From: Candidatus Sericytochromatia bacterium
GTDB taxonomy: Bacteria; Cyanobacteriota; Sericytochromatia; S15B-MN24; UBA4093
DNA length: 64,000 bases
Assembly (NCBI GenBank): GCA_036676495.1
Contig: JAKFCT010000031.1
Location: 1 to 64,000 of the forward strand
Direction of reading: 5' to 3'
Shown: positions 10,932-19,877 of the stretch, piece by piece
Layout of the letters: the number at the start of each line of letters is the position of its first letter
How positions within the stretch are numbered: position 1 is the first letter of the stretch
The notes under the pieces: generated by a model
The model's database searches: none
Told to the model about the DNA's origin: nothing
Seen by the model: only the letters and a program-made list of their open reading frames with translations
Position numbers and translations under genes: made by a program

Positions 10932-12680
10932 TTAGGCGAGCGTCTCCTCCACGGCATGAACCTTGGCCATGCGGCCGGATCTCAGCCAGGAGTCCTTGAT
11001 CTGCTTCTGGAGGGCGGTGGGCGCGGGGACGTCCTCGATCACGTAGCGCTGATCCGCTCCGAGCCGCACCATGGTCTCGCAGAGCTGGTCGCCCCGGAAG
11101 AAGTGCAAGGGCACGATTTCCTCGGGCAGCCACTGGGCGGCGATCTGGGACAAGAGCGCCTCGCTCGCCCGGTTCCCGCCGATGGCCACCACGTGATCGC
11201 CGGCCATGAGGCCCGCATTCTGGGCGGCTCCCCCGGCCCGGACGTCCTCGACCACGAGGCCGCCGTCCCGGGTTGCGAAGCGGGCCTGGAGGCTCGCGGT
11301 GCGGCTCGCGACGGCCAGCCGCAGGCCGGCATGGGCCAGGTAGGGCGTGAGGTCGGTCTCGGAGGGCGTGCGCAGGTGCTGATCGAAGAACGCGCTGAGG
11401 TCCGCGCCGGCGATCTCGGCGGCGATCGCCTCCACGTCCGACGGGTGGTAGGGCATGTCGGTCTCGCCGAAGCGCTCCCAGAGCGTGCGCATCACGTCGT
11501 CGAGGCTGCGGCGGTTCTCGGTGAGGTTCCGGATCTCCAGATCGAGCGCCAGACCCACCAGGGAGCCCTTCAGGTAGTAGTTGATCGCCCCGTTCCAGCG
11601 GTCGTCCCCGAAGTTCCAGGTGATGAAGCTGGAGTCCGAGAGGCTGGTGATGAGGCGGCCCGGGGATTGCTCCAGCATCTGGAGGCTGCCGGCCACGCCC
11701 CGGAGGTATTGCGAGCGGCCCTGGAGCCCGGCGCGCAGGACCATCAGCTCGGTGTAGTACTCGGTCAAGCCTTCGACCACCCAGAGCGCGGTGGTATGAG
11801 CGGGCTTCTGGTAGTCGAAGGGACCCAGGCCCACCGGCCGCAGGCGCTTCACGTTCCAGGCGTGGAAGACCTCATGGGCGGTCAGGGCGAAGAACCCGTG
11901 GGCGTTGCCCGCCAGGTCCATCGGGCCCACGATCATCATCGAGTCCCGGTGCTCCAGGCCGTTGAGGAAGTTCTCGGGCCCATGCTGGTACTGGAAGAGG
12001 TAGCGGGAGTAGGGGAGGCTGCCGGCTGGCCGGTCTCCGGACCAGAACTCGGCCTCGGCCTCGACGATTCGCTTCAAGCCGTCGACCACCCGCTCGCGAT
12101 CCATCGGGTAAGGAGCCTGCCAGGTGATCTCGTGCGTCACGCCCAGGGCCTCGAAGCTGGCGCGCTCGAAGGTGCCGGCCTGGATCGGGGCGTCGATCAG
12201 GGCATCGTAGCTGGGGGCCGTGTAGGTGAAGGGGGCCGACTCCGTCAGGGCCACGGAGATCTCCCAGCCCTCGGGAAGCTCCACGCTCAGCTCGCAGGGC
12301 CAGTCCTGGCCACCGGCAGGGTAGACGAAGATCGCCGCCCCGTTGATCATCGCTTGGGTCGCGGTGAGCTGGGCCTGGTGGATCTGGGGCTTGTCGCCGA
12401 AGACCTGGTAGCTGACCGTGAAGTCGGCTCCGCCGTGGTGAACCCGCCATGTATGAAGGTCGATGCGCTCGACGGGCAGGGCTCCCTGGGGGCCCTTGGC
12501 GACCAGCGCGCGCAGGTTGCGGGCATTGTCGACCAGCTTGTACGCGCCCGGAGCCCAGCTCGGAAGCTTGAGATCGACGGTGGGGCCGGAGGCGTCGGCC
12601 ACCGTGAGCCGGACCTCGAAGAGGTGGCAGTGGGGCTGGGGCATGGCGAGGTGGTACCGCAGGCGTGCGTGCTGAGGCAT
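10932..12680 (-). CDS. M61-family metallopeptidase with PDZ domain
   Basis: WAPGAY, GLEH, HEVFHAWNVKR, YYLKG; C-terminal PDZ-like region. Confidence 0.93.
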   Translation of the reverse strand: MPQHARLRYHLAMPQPHCHLFEVRLTVADASGPTVDLKLPSWAPGAYKLVDNARNLRALVAKGPQGALPVERIDLHTWRVHHGGADFTVSYQVFGDKPQIHQAQLTATQAMINGAAIFVYPAGGQDWPCELSVELPEGWEISVALTESAPFTYTAPSYDALIDAPIQAGTFERASFEALGVTHEITWQAPYPMDRERVVDGLKRIVEAEAEFWSGDRPAGSLPYSRYLFQYQHGPENFLNGLEHRDSMMIVGPMDLAGNAHGFFALTAHEVFHAWNVKRLRPVGLGPFDYQKPAHTTALWVVEGLTEYYTELMVLRAGLQGRSQYLRGVAGSLQMLEQSPGRLITSLSDSSFITWNFGDDRWNGAINYYLKGSLVGLALDLEIRNLTENRRSLDDVMRTLWERFGETDMPYHPSDVEAIAAEIAGADLSAFFDQHLRTPSETDLTPYLAHAGLRLAVASRTASLQARFATRDGGLVVEDVRAGGAAQNAGLMAGDHVVAIGGNRASEALLSQIAAQWLPEEIVPLHFFRGDQLCETMVRLGADQRYVIEDVPAPTALQKQIKDSWLRSGRMAKVHAVEETLA

Positions 12681-12857
12681 GTGATCTCCGTTCTGGCGAA
12701 ACCCGACCTCCTGATTTTAGCCGAGTTCCAAGGTCTTGTCCCCCCTCGCCCCCCTTCCGCCCCTTCCAGCGAACCTCGCGCGTGCGCCGAGGGCGCGCGG
12801 AGGTTCGCTCTCCCCGGCAAGGGGGTATAACTCTTCGCAGAGAGGAGCCTCCTGACG

Positions 12858-13694
12858 ATGTTGCTGAACCCTGAAATCTTGCTAGCCACCGAGGGAAGCC
12901 CCGAGCTCCTGAGCGGCGTCTCCGAGCGCCTGGAAGCGGCCGCCCACTGGTTGGCCCCGTTGAGCATCATCGGCTTCACCATCGAGGACCTGGGCCTTGA
13001 CGGCCGGATCCCGCAGGAGCGCTTGGCCCGGATGCAGGATCATGCCCAGCGGCTGATCCTCGGCGCGGTCCGTTCCGAGCAATCCGGGCGGCGGCGGGTG
13101 ACCGACGCGCTGTTCCGCGTGGGCTCGATGTACTTCGTCGTGCTCTACAACGCCAATCGCGAGAACTACCTGGTGCCCTTGGCCCGGATCATCGAGATGC
13201 TCCGCCAGGAGGCCTACGCGGTGCTGGGCACCACGGGGGCGTCCTATCGCCGGCGCATCGTGATCGGCGCGGCGACCTGGATGCCCCGGCATGGGGCCCT
13301 TTCTGCCGAGGCGGCCGTGGGGAGGGTGCTGGAAGCGATGATGATGGCGCACGTCATGCCGCCCACCGACGAGGCCTACACGCGCCTCGGGATCGCCTCG
13401 TCGAGCTCGGACGAGATCCGGCTCAACGAGTACGGCTGGGACGAAGCGCTCTACGAGCTCGAGCAGCTCAAGGGGAAGCTGGGCCCCGCGCCGGACTCCG
13501 GGGAGCCGGCCTCCAAGGGGCAAAAAGCCGCGGGTCAGAAGCCCGAGGGGCGTAAAGCCGGGAGCGGCAAGGCCGAGGGCGGCAAGACCGCGAGCCGGGG
13601 GACCGTGAAGCAGAAATCCGGGGCTCAGAAGGCCGCGAAGGGGGCGGCTGCGGCGAAGCCGAAGAAGCCCTGGTGGCAGTTCTGGAAAAGCTGA
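12858..13694 (+). CDS. Degenerate GGDEF-like protein with Lys-rich tail and KKPWWQFW terminus
   Basis: PLSIIGFTIEDL / DALFRVGSMYFVV / IVIGAATW resemble the GGDEF scaffold without catalytic residues. Confidence 0.55.
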   Translation: MLLNPEILLATEGSPELLSGVSERLEAAAHWLAPLSIIGFTIEDLGLDGRIPQERLARMQDHAQRLILGAVRSEQSGRRRVTDALFRVGSMYFVVLYNANRENYLVPLARIIEMLRQEAYAVLGTTGASYRRRIVIGAATWMPRHGALSAEAAVGRVLEAMMMAHVMPPTDEAYTRLGIASSSSDEIRLNEYGWDEALYELEQLKGKLGPAPDSGEPASKGQKAAGQKPEGRKAGSGKAEGGKTASRGTVKQKSGAQKAAKGAAAAKPKKPWWQFWKS

Positions 13695-13711
13695 AGCCAC
13701 GAAGGCGATGG

Positions 13712-13741
13712 AAAAGAGGCCGGGCGATCGCCCGGCCTCTC
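13712..13741. terminator. Hairpin terminator between convergent genes
   Basis: AAAAGAGGCCGGGCGATCGCCCGGCCTCT. Confidence 0.75.
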
Positions 13742-13754
13742 GTGATTTGGACGG

Positions 13755-13955
13755 TTAGAACGTGATGTTACCACCCGGCGGCCTGCTGGCGCGCTTGGCC
13801 TCGACCAAGGTCAAGGCGAGGTAGGTGCAGTACTCCTCGTAGTCCGGATCGCCCTCCTGGGGAGTATAGTCCCGGAACTTCTCATGAAGCACCCGGTAAT
13901 GGTGAACGGTCGTCTTTTTGATTGAGTTCTTGGCTTGGGAATCTTGCTCTTGCAT
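13755..13955 (-). CDS. Small hypothetical protein
   Basis: 66-aa ORF with GGGAG RBS, ending next to the hairpin. Confidence 0.5.
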   Translation of the reverse strand: MQEQDSQAKNSIKKTTVHHYRVLHEKFRDYTPQEGDPDYEEYCTYLALTLVEAKRASRPPGGNITF

Positions 13956-14174
13956 GCTCTTACTCCCGGTCGACCCATGGTTGCCTATGCTGCTCGTACC
14001 CGATCCGCCGGTGTTCCTAACGGTTTCTTCATCGGCCGAACATGCGGTGTCTTGGCGCCATGACCACCCTACCACGCGCATCCTGGGTATAAACCCTTTG
14101 AGGGGCGATAGCCCTACCCGTGGGTTTTCGGGCCCCGAGGGGGCGTTGAATCGGGCGACCGGAAGGAGGCGGCT

Positions 14175-14825
14175 TTGAGAGCGTGGGTGATGCCGGCGGG
14201 GGTCCTCACGGCGCTGGGCGTGGTTTTCTCGTCTCCGGTCATGGCGATGGATCCGGTTCCGAGCGACGAGCCGTTGACGCGCCGGGATCTGGTTCAGGCG
14301 CTCTATCCGCTGGTCAAGCGCATGGAGTCGCAGGGGGCGATCGCCCGCAGCAGCAAGCCGTCGCTCACGGTTTTTGCCGATCTCTCGGGGAGCGACCGCG
14401 ACTGGGCGATCGAGCTGGCAAGTCAGTTTCAGCTCTTCGTGGGCATGCCGGCCCTGTCGAGCGGCCGCTTCAATGGCATGCTGCCTCTGAGCCGCTGGGA
14501 GGCAAGCATGATTCTCGGCGAGTTGCTCACCCGGACCCGTCCGGAAGCGCGGACGCTGCTGGCGGCGTCGAGTGGACCGGCCTCGTTCACGGATCTCAGC
14601 CCCGCGGAGTACCGGCGCCTGGAACCGGTCATCAAGCAGGGGCTCTTGATCGGCTATCCCGACCAGACTTTCCGCACCCAGGAGCCGCTGACCCGCGCGC
14701 AGTGGGCGGGCATCTCGGAGCGCCTCTCGGCGCTCGGCGGCTATCAGGCTCCTCCGCCCGCAAGCCGCAAGTCGAGCTCGCTGAAGGACGATTACATGCT
14801 CATCCGCCAGGAATCTGGTCGCTGA
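14175..14825 (+). CDS. S-layer homology (SLH) domain protein
   Basis: Signal peptide; FADL...W, GYPDQTFR...PLTRAQ SLH motifs; AAGGAGG RBS. Confidence 0.8.
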   Translation: MRAWVMPAGVLTALGVVFSSPVMAMDPVPSDEPLTRRDLVQALYPLVKRMESQGAIARSSKPSLTVFADLSGSDRDWAIELASQFQLFVGMPALSSGRFNGMLPLSRWEASMILGELLTRTRPEARTLLAASSGPASFTDLSPAEYRRLEPVIKQGLLIGYPDQTFRTQEPLTRAQWAGISERLSALGGYQAPPPASRKSSSLKDDYMLIRQESGR

Positions 14826-14992
14826 TCCCTGATCCCTAGAACGGCCCGAAGGGGCGTGTCCACGGGTTCTTGGCCTCGACGCCGCGTTGACACGTTTTGG
14901 GGACGCCGTTTCTTGGGTTTAATGAAAATGACGCTTGCTTGCTCGGCGAAGGACGGGCCGGCGAGGAGTCGCCGGACGCAGAGGAAACCGAC

Positions 14993-15505
14993 ATGGCCAA
15001 TTTCGGAGGCTGGTTCCAGAAGAAGACGGAGCCTCCCAATCGTTATTCCGATCAGCTCAAGGAACTCCGCAAGAAGGTTCCCACCGAGGATCGCGTGCGC
15101 TTCAAGCGTTTGCGCGAGGAGGCCGGGGTCTGGCTGACCAATGAAGACCGCAAGCAGGCCCAGTTGATGACCATCCGCGACATCGAGGCCTGGCTCGCGA
15201 TGAAGCCGGCCGAGCGCGAGGCCTGGTTCGAGCGGGTGGAGGCCTACCTGGTCGAGAAGGATGCCAGCTGGCAGCGCTGGCAGCAGTACGAAGAGAGCCG
15301 TCCGCCCCAGGAGCAGGACGTGGCGGATCTGGTGAACGATCTGCGCCATGCCGCGGAGCTGCTGGGAGTCGCCATGAATGCCGACAAGGCCGAGGTGCGC
15401 CGCGCGTTTCGCGCCGCCAGCAAGAAGCATCACCCCGATCTGGGGGGCGATGTCCGCCAGTTCACGGCCATCCAGCATGCTTACGACGTTCTGATGAGCC
15501 GCTAG
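14993..15505 (+). CDS. Type C J-domain protein (C-terminal J domain)
   Basis: VRRAFRAASKKHHPDLGG...AYDVL. Confidence 0.85.
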   Translation: MANFGGWFQKKTEPPNRYSDQLKELRKKVPTEDRVRFKRLREEAGVWLTNEDRKQAQLMTIRDIEAWLAMKPAEREAWFERVEAYLVEKDASWQRWQQYEESRPPQEQDVADLVNDLRHAAELLGVAMNADKAEVRRAFRAASKKHHPDLGGDVRQFTAIQHAYDVLMSR

Positions 15506-15625
15506 CCCGCAAGTCGAATCTCCATCCCCATCTTCGGGTACATGAAGGCACGTGACCGATGTACCTGACACTTCCTCCGTGGCGCGCCATGATGGAGGCG
15601 TCGGGAATCGAGGGAAGGACGTGCC

Positions 15626-17200
15626 GTGCGTGACTATCGAGGCAAGCGATACCCCTTAGCGATCGCGCTCGTGAGCTGGCTGGTCTTGGCGGGGTGGCCC
15701 GCGGAGGGACCGCTCTCCGGGGCTACTCGCTCCGGTTTGGCGTGGGCGAACGAGGATTCCGCGGCCTTCGACAGCTCCTACAAGCAGGCCGGCAAGTTCG
15801 CCGCGCAGGTGGCCCAGCGCTACGACGGCGCGTTGCGTCAGACCGTCGTTCGCCTGGCGGAAGTCGCCCGGCAGGACGCCTCGGATCTCTCGCGCAACCC
15901 CTTGGCCATCGAGACCGCGCGCGGGCAGTGGCCCCTCGTGACCTACGTCCAGAACGGCGACAAGGTCTCGCTCATCCCGGGAGGGCGGGCCTTGCTCTCT
16001 TCCGGCGAGCTCGACGAGGTCGCCGGCCGCAAGTTTCGCCTCTTCCTGAAGGGCTCCACGGTCCTGGTGGCCGCTCCGGCGGGGGGCGATCGCACCACCG
16101 TCGCTGAAATCCCCTTGGCCGCCTTCACGGACCCGCTGGCGAGCGCGTCGCTGGGCGATGGCACCGCCGTCCTGCTCCTCGACGAGCAGGGCCGCAGCCT
16201 CGGCCGGAAGTCGCTGGCCTCGGAAGAGCAGGAGCTGCTGAAGAGCGTCTCGACGGAGGCGGCGACGACCCTCGTCTCCAAGACCTCGGTGCTCTCGCTG
16301 GCCCGCATCCCGACGGCGGGCTGGACCGTGATCGTGCGTCTCCCCCTGGCCGATGCCTACCGCGGGATCGCGTTGCCCGAACTGGACGAGCGCAATCTTC
16401 CCAATCCGCTCTACATCGTCAAGCGTGAGCAGGGAGTCTCGCTGGAAGGGGTCGGCAAGGGCCTTCTCTTCTCGTTCGGGGGATTGGCCCTGCTGGCTCT
16501 CGCCCTATTGGTCGTGCGGCGCCGCCTCCGGGGGGATGGCAAGTTCGGGCCGTTGTCCGCCGTGCAATCGGGAGGCCTTGCCGTCCTGGAGGCCTTGGTC
16601 GGCGAGAAGAACCAGTCTGCACCCCAGGAGCCGCGCACGGCGGACGTCCCTCGGCTTCCGGCGCCCGTCCGACCCTCCGCTCCTCCTCCTACCCATGCCA
16701 ACGTCCAGCTTCCCCTCGACGGCGCGACCTCGGGCGTCTGGCGGGACACCTTGCAGGCACAGGTCTCTTACCTCCTGGGCGAGTTCCGGCAGACCCAGGA
16801 GCAGATGCAGGGATTTGCGCGCCAGCCTCAGGTCGATGCCTTGCAGGCTCAGATGGAGGCCGAGTTCGACTCGTTCGCCGAGGCGCTGCGCCAGCGCCTG
16901 GAGCTGGAGTCCCGCCACTACGAGGCCCTCAAGGCTCAGCAGGCGCACCTCGCGGAGGTGAACGACGGAAAGTTCGGCGCGCTCGAAAGCGAGATCGAGG
17001 GGTATCGGAACCAGGGCTTGCAGGCCGATCGCCAGGCGAACGAGCGAATCCAGGTGTTGGCGCAGGCGGTTCAGCAGCTGCATGCGTCCCTGACCCAGTC
17101 CCAGCAGGAGAACGCGAAGCTCCGCGAGGAATTGGGGGCGCTTTCCGCCCGCGTGCACCGGATCGTTCAGCTGCTCGCCAAGGGCAACAAGACGGCCTGA
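15626..17200 (+). CDS. Membrane protein with Cache-like extracytoplasmic region and cytoplasmic coiled coil
   Basis: N-terminal hydrophobic segment, LLDEQGR and IPTAGWTVIVRLP motifs, TM helix, heptad-rich C-terminus. Confidence 0.6.
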   Translation: MRDYRGKRYPLAIALVSWLVLAGWPAEGPLSGATRSGLAWANEDSAAFDSSYKQAGKFAAQVAQRYDGALRQTVVRLAEVARQDASDLSRNPLAIETARGQWPLVTYVQNGDKVSLIPGGRALLSSGELDEVAGRKFRLFLKGSTVLVAAPAGGDRTTVAEIPLAAFTDPLASASLGDGTAVLLLDEQGRSLGRKSLASEEQELLKSVSTEAATTLVSKTSVLSLARIPTAGWTVIVRLPLADAYRGIALPELDERNLPNPLYIVKREQGVSLEGVGKGLLFSFGGLALLALALLVVRRRLRGDGKFGPLSAVQSGGLAVLEALVGEKNQSAPQEPRTADVPRLPAPVRPSAPPPTHANVQLPLDGATSGVWRDTLQAQVSYLLGEFRQTQEQMQGFARQPQVDALQAQMEAEFDSFAEALRQRLELESRHYEALKAQQAHLAEVNDGKFGALESEIEGYRNQGLQADRQANERIQVLAQAVQQLHASLTQSQQENAKLREELGALSARVHRIVQLLAKGNKTA

Positions 17201-17223
17201 TCGAGCAATCGAAAGCATTTAAG

Positions 17224-17260
17224 AAAACCGGGCCCCGTCAACACTGACGGGGCCCGGTTT
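17224..17260. terminator. Bidirectional intrinsic terminator (downstream of major pilin)
   Basis: AAAACCGGGCCCCGTCA-ACAC-TGACGGGGCCCGGTTT. Confidence 0.9.
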
Positions 17261-17280
17261 CGATTGGGTGGTGATTCGGC

Positions 17281-17829
17281 TTACTTGCCACCGGTCACGA
17301 AGTTGGGGCCTTGGCCCGAACCGTTGTAAATCCAGATGCCGTAGCCGCGGACCGTCCGTGCGGATTCCGTCTGGATGTCGTAGACCGACGCGGTGGCGTT
17401 GGTGGCAGAGACCCGGTACTCGATCGCGCCCACCTTGTTGATGTTCGTGAGTCCGGTCGCAGCCGCCGCGTCCACGTCCGCGAGAGCCGTGCCGACGATG
17501 ATGCCGGCTACCGAGCCGTTAGCTGCAGCAGCATCACCGGCAAGACCGCCCCAGGGGCTCGATCCCGCATCATCCGGGCGATTGCGCGTCCAAGCGGCAA
17601 TAAATTGGGTAGCCGAGGGGTACTTGCCGAAGTTCTTCGCCGTGAACTCTTCGACGGTCGCAGCCGCCGCATTGACTTTGCCCTGTGCCGCAGTGTTGGC
17701 GGCGCTGGCTTTTGCCTGGTTATAGAGCACCGTGGCGCCCGCGATGACCACGACGCCGATGACGATGGCCAGCGTGACTTCGATCAGGGTGAAGCCGGAT
17801 TGCGAGTGCTTAAGCCGATTTGCAGACAT
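17281..17829 (-). CDS. Type IV pilin, probable major pilin
   Basis: Class III signal G|FTLIE plus hydrophobic helix; own promoter, strong RBS and terminator. Confidence 0.9.
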   Translation of the reverse strand: MSANRLKHSQSGFTLIEVTLAIVIGVVVIAGATVLYNQAKASAANTAAQGKVNAAAATVEEFTAKNFGKYPSATQFIAAWTRNRPDDAGSSPWGGLAGDAAAANGSVAGIIVGTALADVDAAAATGLTNINKVGAIEYRVSATNATASVYDIQTESARTVRGYGIWIYNGSGQGPNFVTGGK

Positions 17830-17862
17830 CTTTCCTCTCCTTCACTGGGGACCTTTTCACAT

Positions 17863-17887
17863 ATACCCCTCGGTTGACTGCCTAAAC
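17863..17887 (-). promoter_or_regulatory. SigF/SigB-type promoter of the pilin gene
   Basis: GTTTA-N14-GGGTAT on the minus strand. Confidence 0.75.
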
Positions 17888-17918
17888 TTGAAAGCCGCGT
17901 GAAATCTTAGTGAGCCTC

Positions 17919-18575
17919 CTACGGGACGGGCGGAAGCGTTTCCCCGAGCTTTTCCAGCCCCCGCTTGGCGACTTCCCGGATGCTCGGGTTGTCGGCTCCC
18001 TGGTAGATGGCCCGCCAGGTGGCGACGGCGAGCTCTTTGCGCTGCCCTTTCTCGTACATGCGTGCGGCGAAGTAGCCGGCCTCGGGGGGAGCCCCCGGAA
18101 TCTCGGCGGCGCGTTCGAAGTACCGGGCGGCCAGCAGGGCGTCGTCGCTGAAGAAGAACAGGGTCATGCCGGTATGGTACGGAAACCACCAGTTCGCCGG
18201 ATCGCGCCGGGCTCCCTTCGATAGGAGCCGGACGGCCGCCATCGGATCCCCGGAGTCTCCCAGCGCGAGCGCTCCGAGTTCGTAGGCGGCGTGGAAGCGG
18301 GGATCCAGCTCGACGATCGCCGAGAGCAGCGGGTAGAGATTGTGGAAGTTGCGGCCGTGGGTGAGCTGGTAGCCCCAGTAGCCGACGAAGCGAAGGTAGA
18401 GGGCGTCGGCGACGAGGTTCCGGTAGCCCATGGAGCCGACCTTGAGGGCGGCGGCGGGCGGCACGGAGAGGAGTCCGGGCGGCCGGATCGCCGCTTCGGA
18501 TTCCCAGCGCAAGAGGGAGCCCAGGGCGCAACTTCCCGCCACCAGCAGGATTAGGACGGATTGGAGGGGCTTCAC
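17919..18575 (-). CDS. Pilus accessory TPR-like protein (PilG/XapA-like)
   Basis: ADALYLR, LDPRF..AY, DPANWWFPY..G motifs; GTGA overlap with the permease. Confidence 0.7.
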   Translation of the reverse strand: MKPLQSVLILLVAGSCALGSLLRWESEAAIRPPGLLSVPPAAALKVGSMGYRNLVADALYLRFVGYWGYQLTHGRNFHNLYPLLSAIVELDPRFHAAYELGALALGDSGDPMAAVRLLSKGARRDPANWWFPYHTGMTLFFFSDDALLAARYFERAAEIPGAPPEAGYFAARMYEKGQRKELAVATWRAIYQGADNPSIREVAKRGLEKLGETLPPVP

Positions 18576-19333
18576 GGGAGTTCCTTGCGCGCGAAGACCA
18601 GGTTGGCGAGGGTCAAGAGGACGACGATCAGGCAGGTTCCGTAGGCGATCGCCCAGATCCACTGACCCGCGGCGAGGCTCTCGCCGTAGACGGCCTGGTT
18701 CTTCGCATTGAACGTCTCGAGGTTGGGCAGGAGGTAGTAGATGACGAGCGAGAGGGTCTTCCCGAGGGGATCCGCCTTCTCTCCGAACTGCTTGATCAGC
18801 TCCGAGGCGTGCCCCAGGGCGTAGAAGCCCATGCTGTAGAGGATGCTGAGCATCGGAGAGGTCATGGTGGTGAAGAGCAGGGTCAGGCCGAGCATGACCA
18901 TGGCCTCGAGTCCGAAGAGCACGAGGGGCCCCAGGAAGATCGGGTGGAATTGCCGGGTGACGAGGGCCATGAGCGCGTAGTAGAGCAGGCCCAACAAGCC
19001 CAAAAGCAGCCACAGCGCGCCCGCACAGCCGAGGAACTTGCCGGTGAGGAATTGGCCTCGGGTGATGGGCTTGCTCAGGAGGGTGTAGACGATGCGCTGT
19101 TCGAGATCCCGGGAGATCAACCGAGCGCCGAGGAAGATGGCCAGGAGGATCAAGAGGGCGTTGATGGTGCCCAGGCCGAAGTCCTGGATGATCTTGAGGT
19201 CCTGTCCGGCGGAGATCCCGCCGAGCAGGAGGGTGAAGCCGATCATCAGGGCTCCGAACAGGGCGGCGACGTGGAGGAGTTTGTCTCGGAGGGCTTCCTT
19301 GAGGGTGATGGAGGCGATCGCGAGCGGGGTCAT
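18572..19333 (-). CDS. ABC-2 type permease (PilI/XapB-like)
   Basis: Six TM helices; LLSKPITRGQFLTGKFLG motif. Confidence 0.85.
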   Translation of the reverse strand: MTPLAIASITLKEALRDKLLHVAALFGALMIGFTLLLGGISAGQDLKIIQDFGLGTINALLILLAIFLGARLISRDLEQRIVYTLLSKPITRGQFLTGKFLGCAGALWLLLGLLGLLYYALMALVTRQFHPIFLGPLVLFGLEAMVMLGLTLLFTTMTSPMLSILYSMGFYALGHASELIKQFGEKADPLGKTLSLVIYYLLPNLETFNAKNQAVYGESLAAGQWIWAIAYGTCLIVVLLTLANLVFARKELP

Positions 19334-19337
19334 CGGT

Positions 19338-19877
19338 TTATTCGGCGACGATGGTGATGGGCACCGAGATCTTCCAGGTCACCCGGTCCCGGAACTGGTT
19401 GAAGCCCTGGAAGGTCACGACGGCCTCGACGTCGATGTCGGAGATGCTGGCGGCGCCCTTGCCGGGGTCGGTCGCGTCCACGAGCTGGCGGGTGATGATC
19501 TGGCCCAGGACGAGCTCGGAGGGAGTCTCGGCCAGGAGGCGTGCCCGGTACGGCATCGCCGCGTCGGGCACGTTGATGTAGGCGGGCTTGCCGCCCTCGC
19601 CCTGGGGAGAGAAGTACTCGACCACGGCCGCCTCGAGGTCGACGGGCGAGGAGCCGGGGATCAGCGAGACGCTGAGCACGGGGGCAGTCTTGGTGGCCAG
19701 GTAGACGGTATTGCCTTCGTCGTTGACCTCGGCCTTCCAGGCGATCTTGCCCTTGGTGACGACCGTGCCCTGGATCTCCGACGTCTTGAGGAGCGACGTC
19801 CAGTAGGAGTTACTGCAGCCCGTCGCGAGCAGGATCGTGGCGAGCAGGAGGGTGAGGAGCTTAAGCTGCCGCATCAT
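19338..19877 (-). CDS. Lipoprotein coupled to the secretin gene (possible pilotin)
   Basis: Lipobox ATGC; start overlaps the secretin 3' end. Confidence 0.7.
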   Translation of the reverse strand: MMRQLKLLTLLLATILLATGCSNSYWTSLLKTSEIQGTVVTKGKIAWKAEVNDEGNTVYLATKTAPVLSVSLIPGSSPVDLEAAVVEYFSPQGEGGKPAYINVPDAAMPYRARLLAETPSELVLGQIITRQLVDATDPGKGAASISDIDVEAVVTFQGFNQFRDRVTWKISVPITIVAE

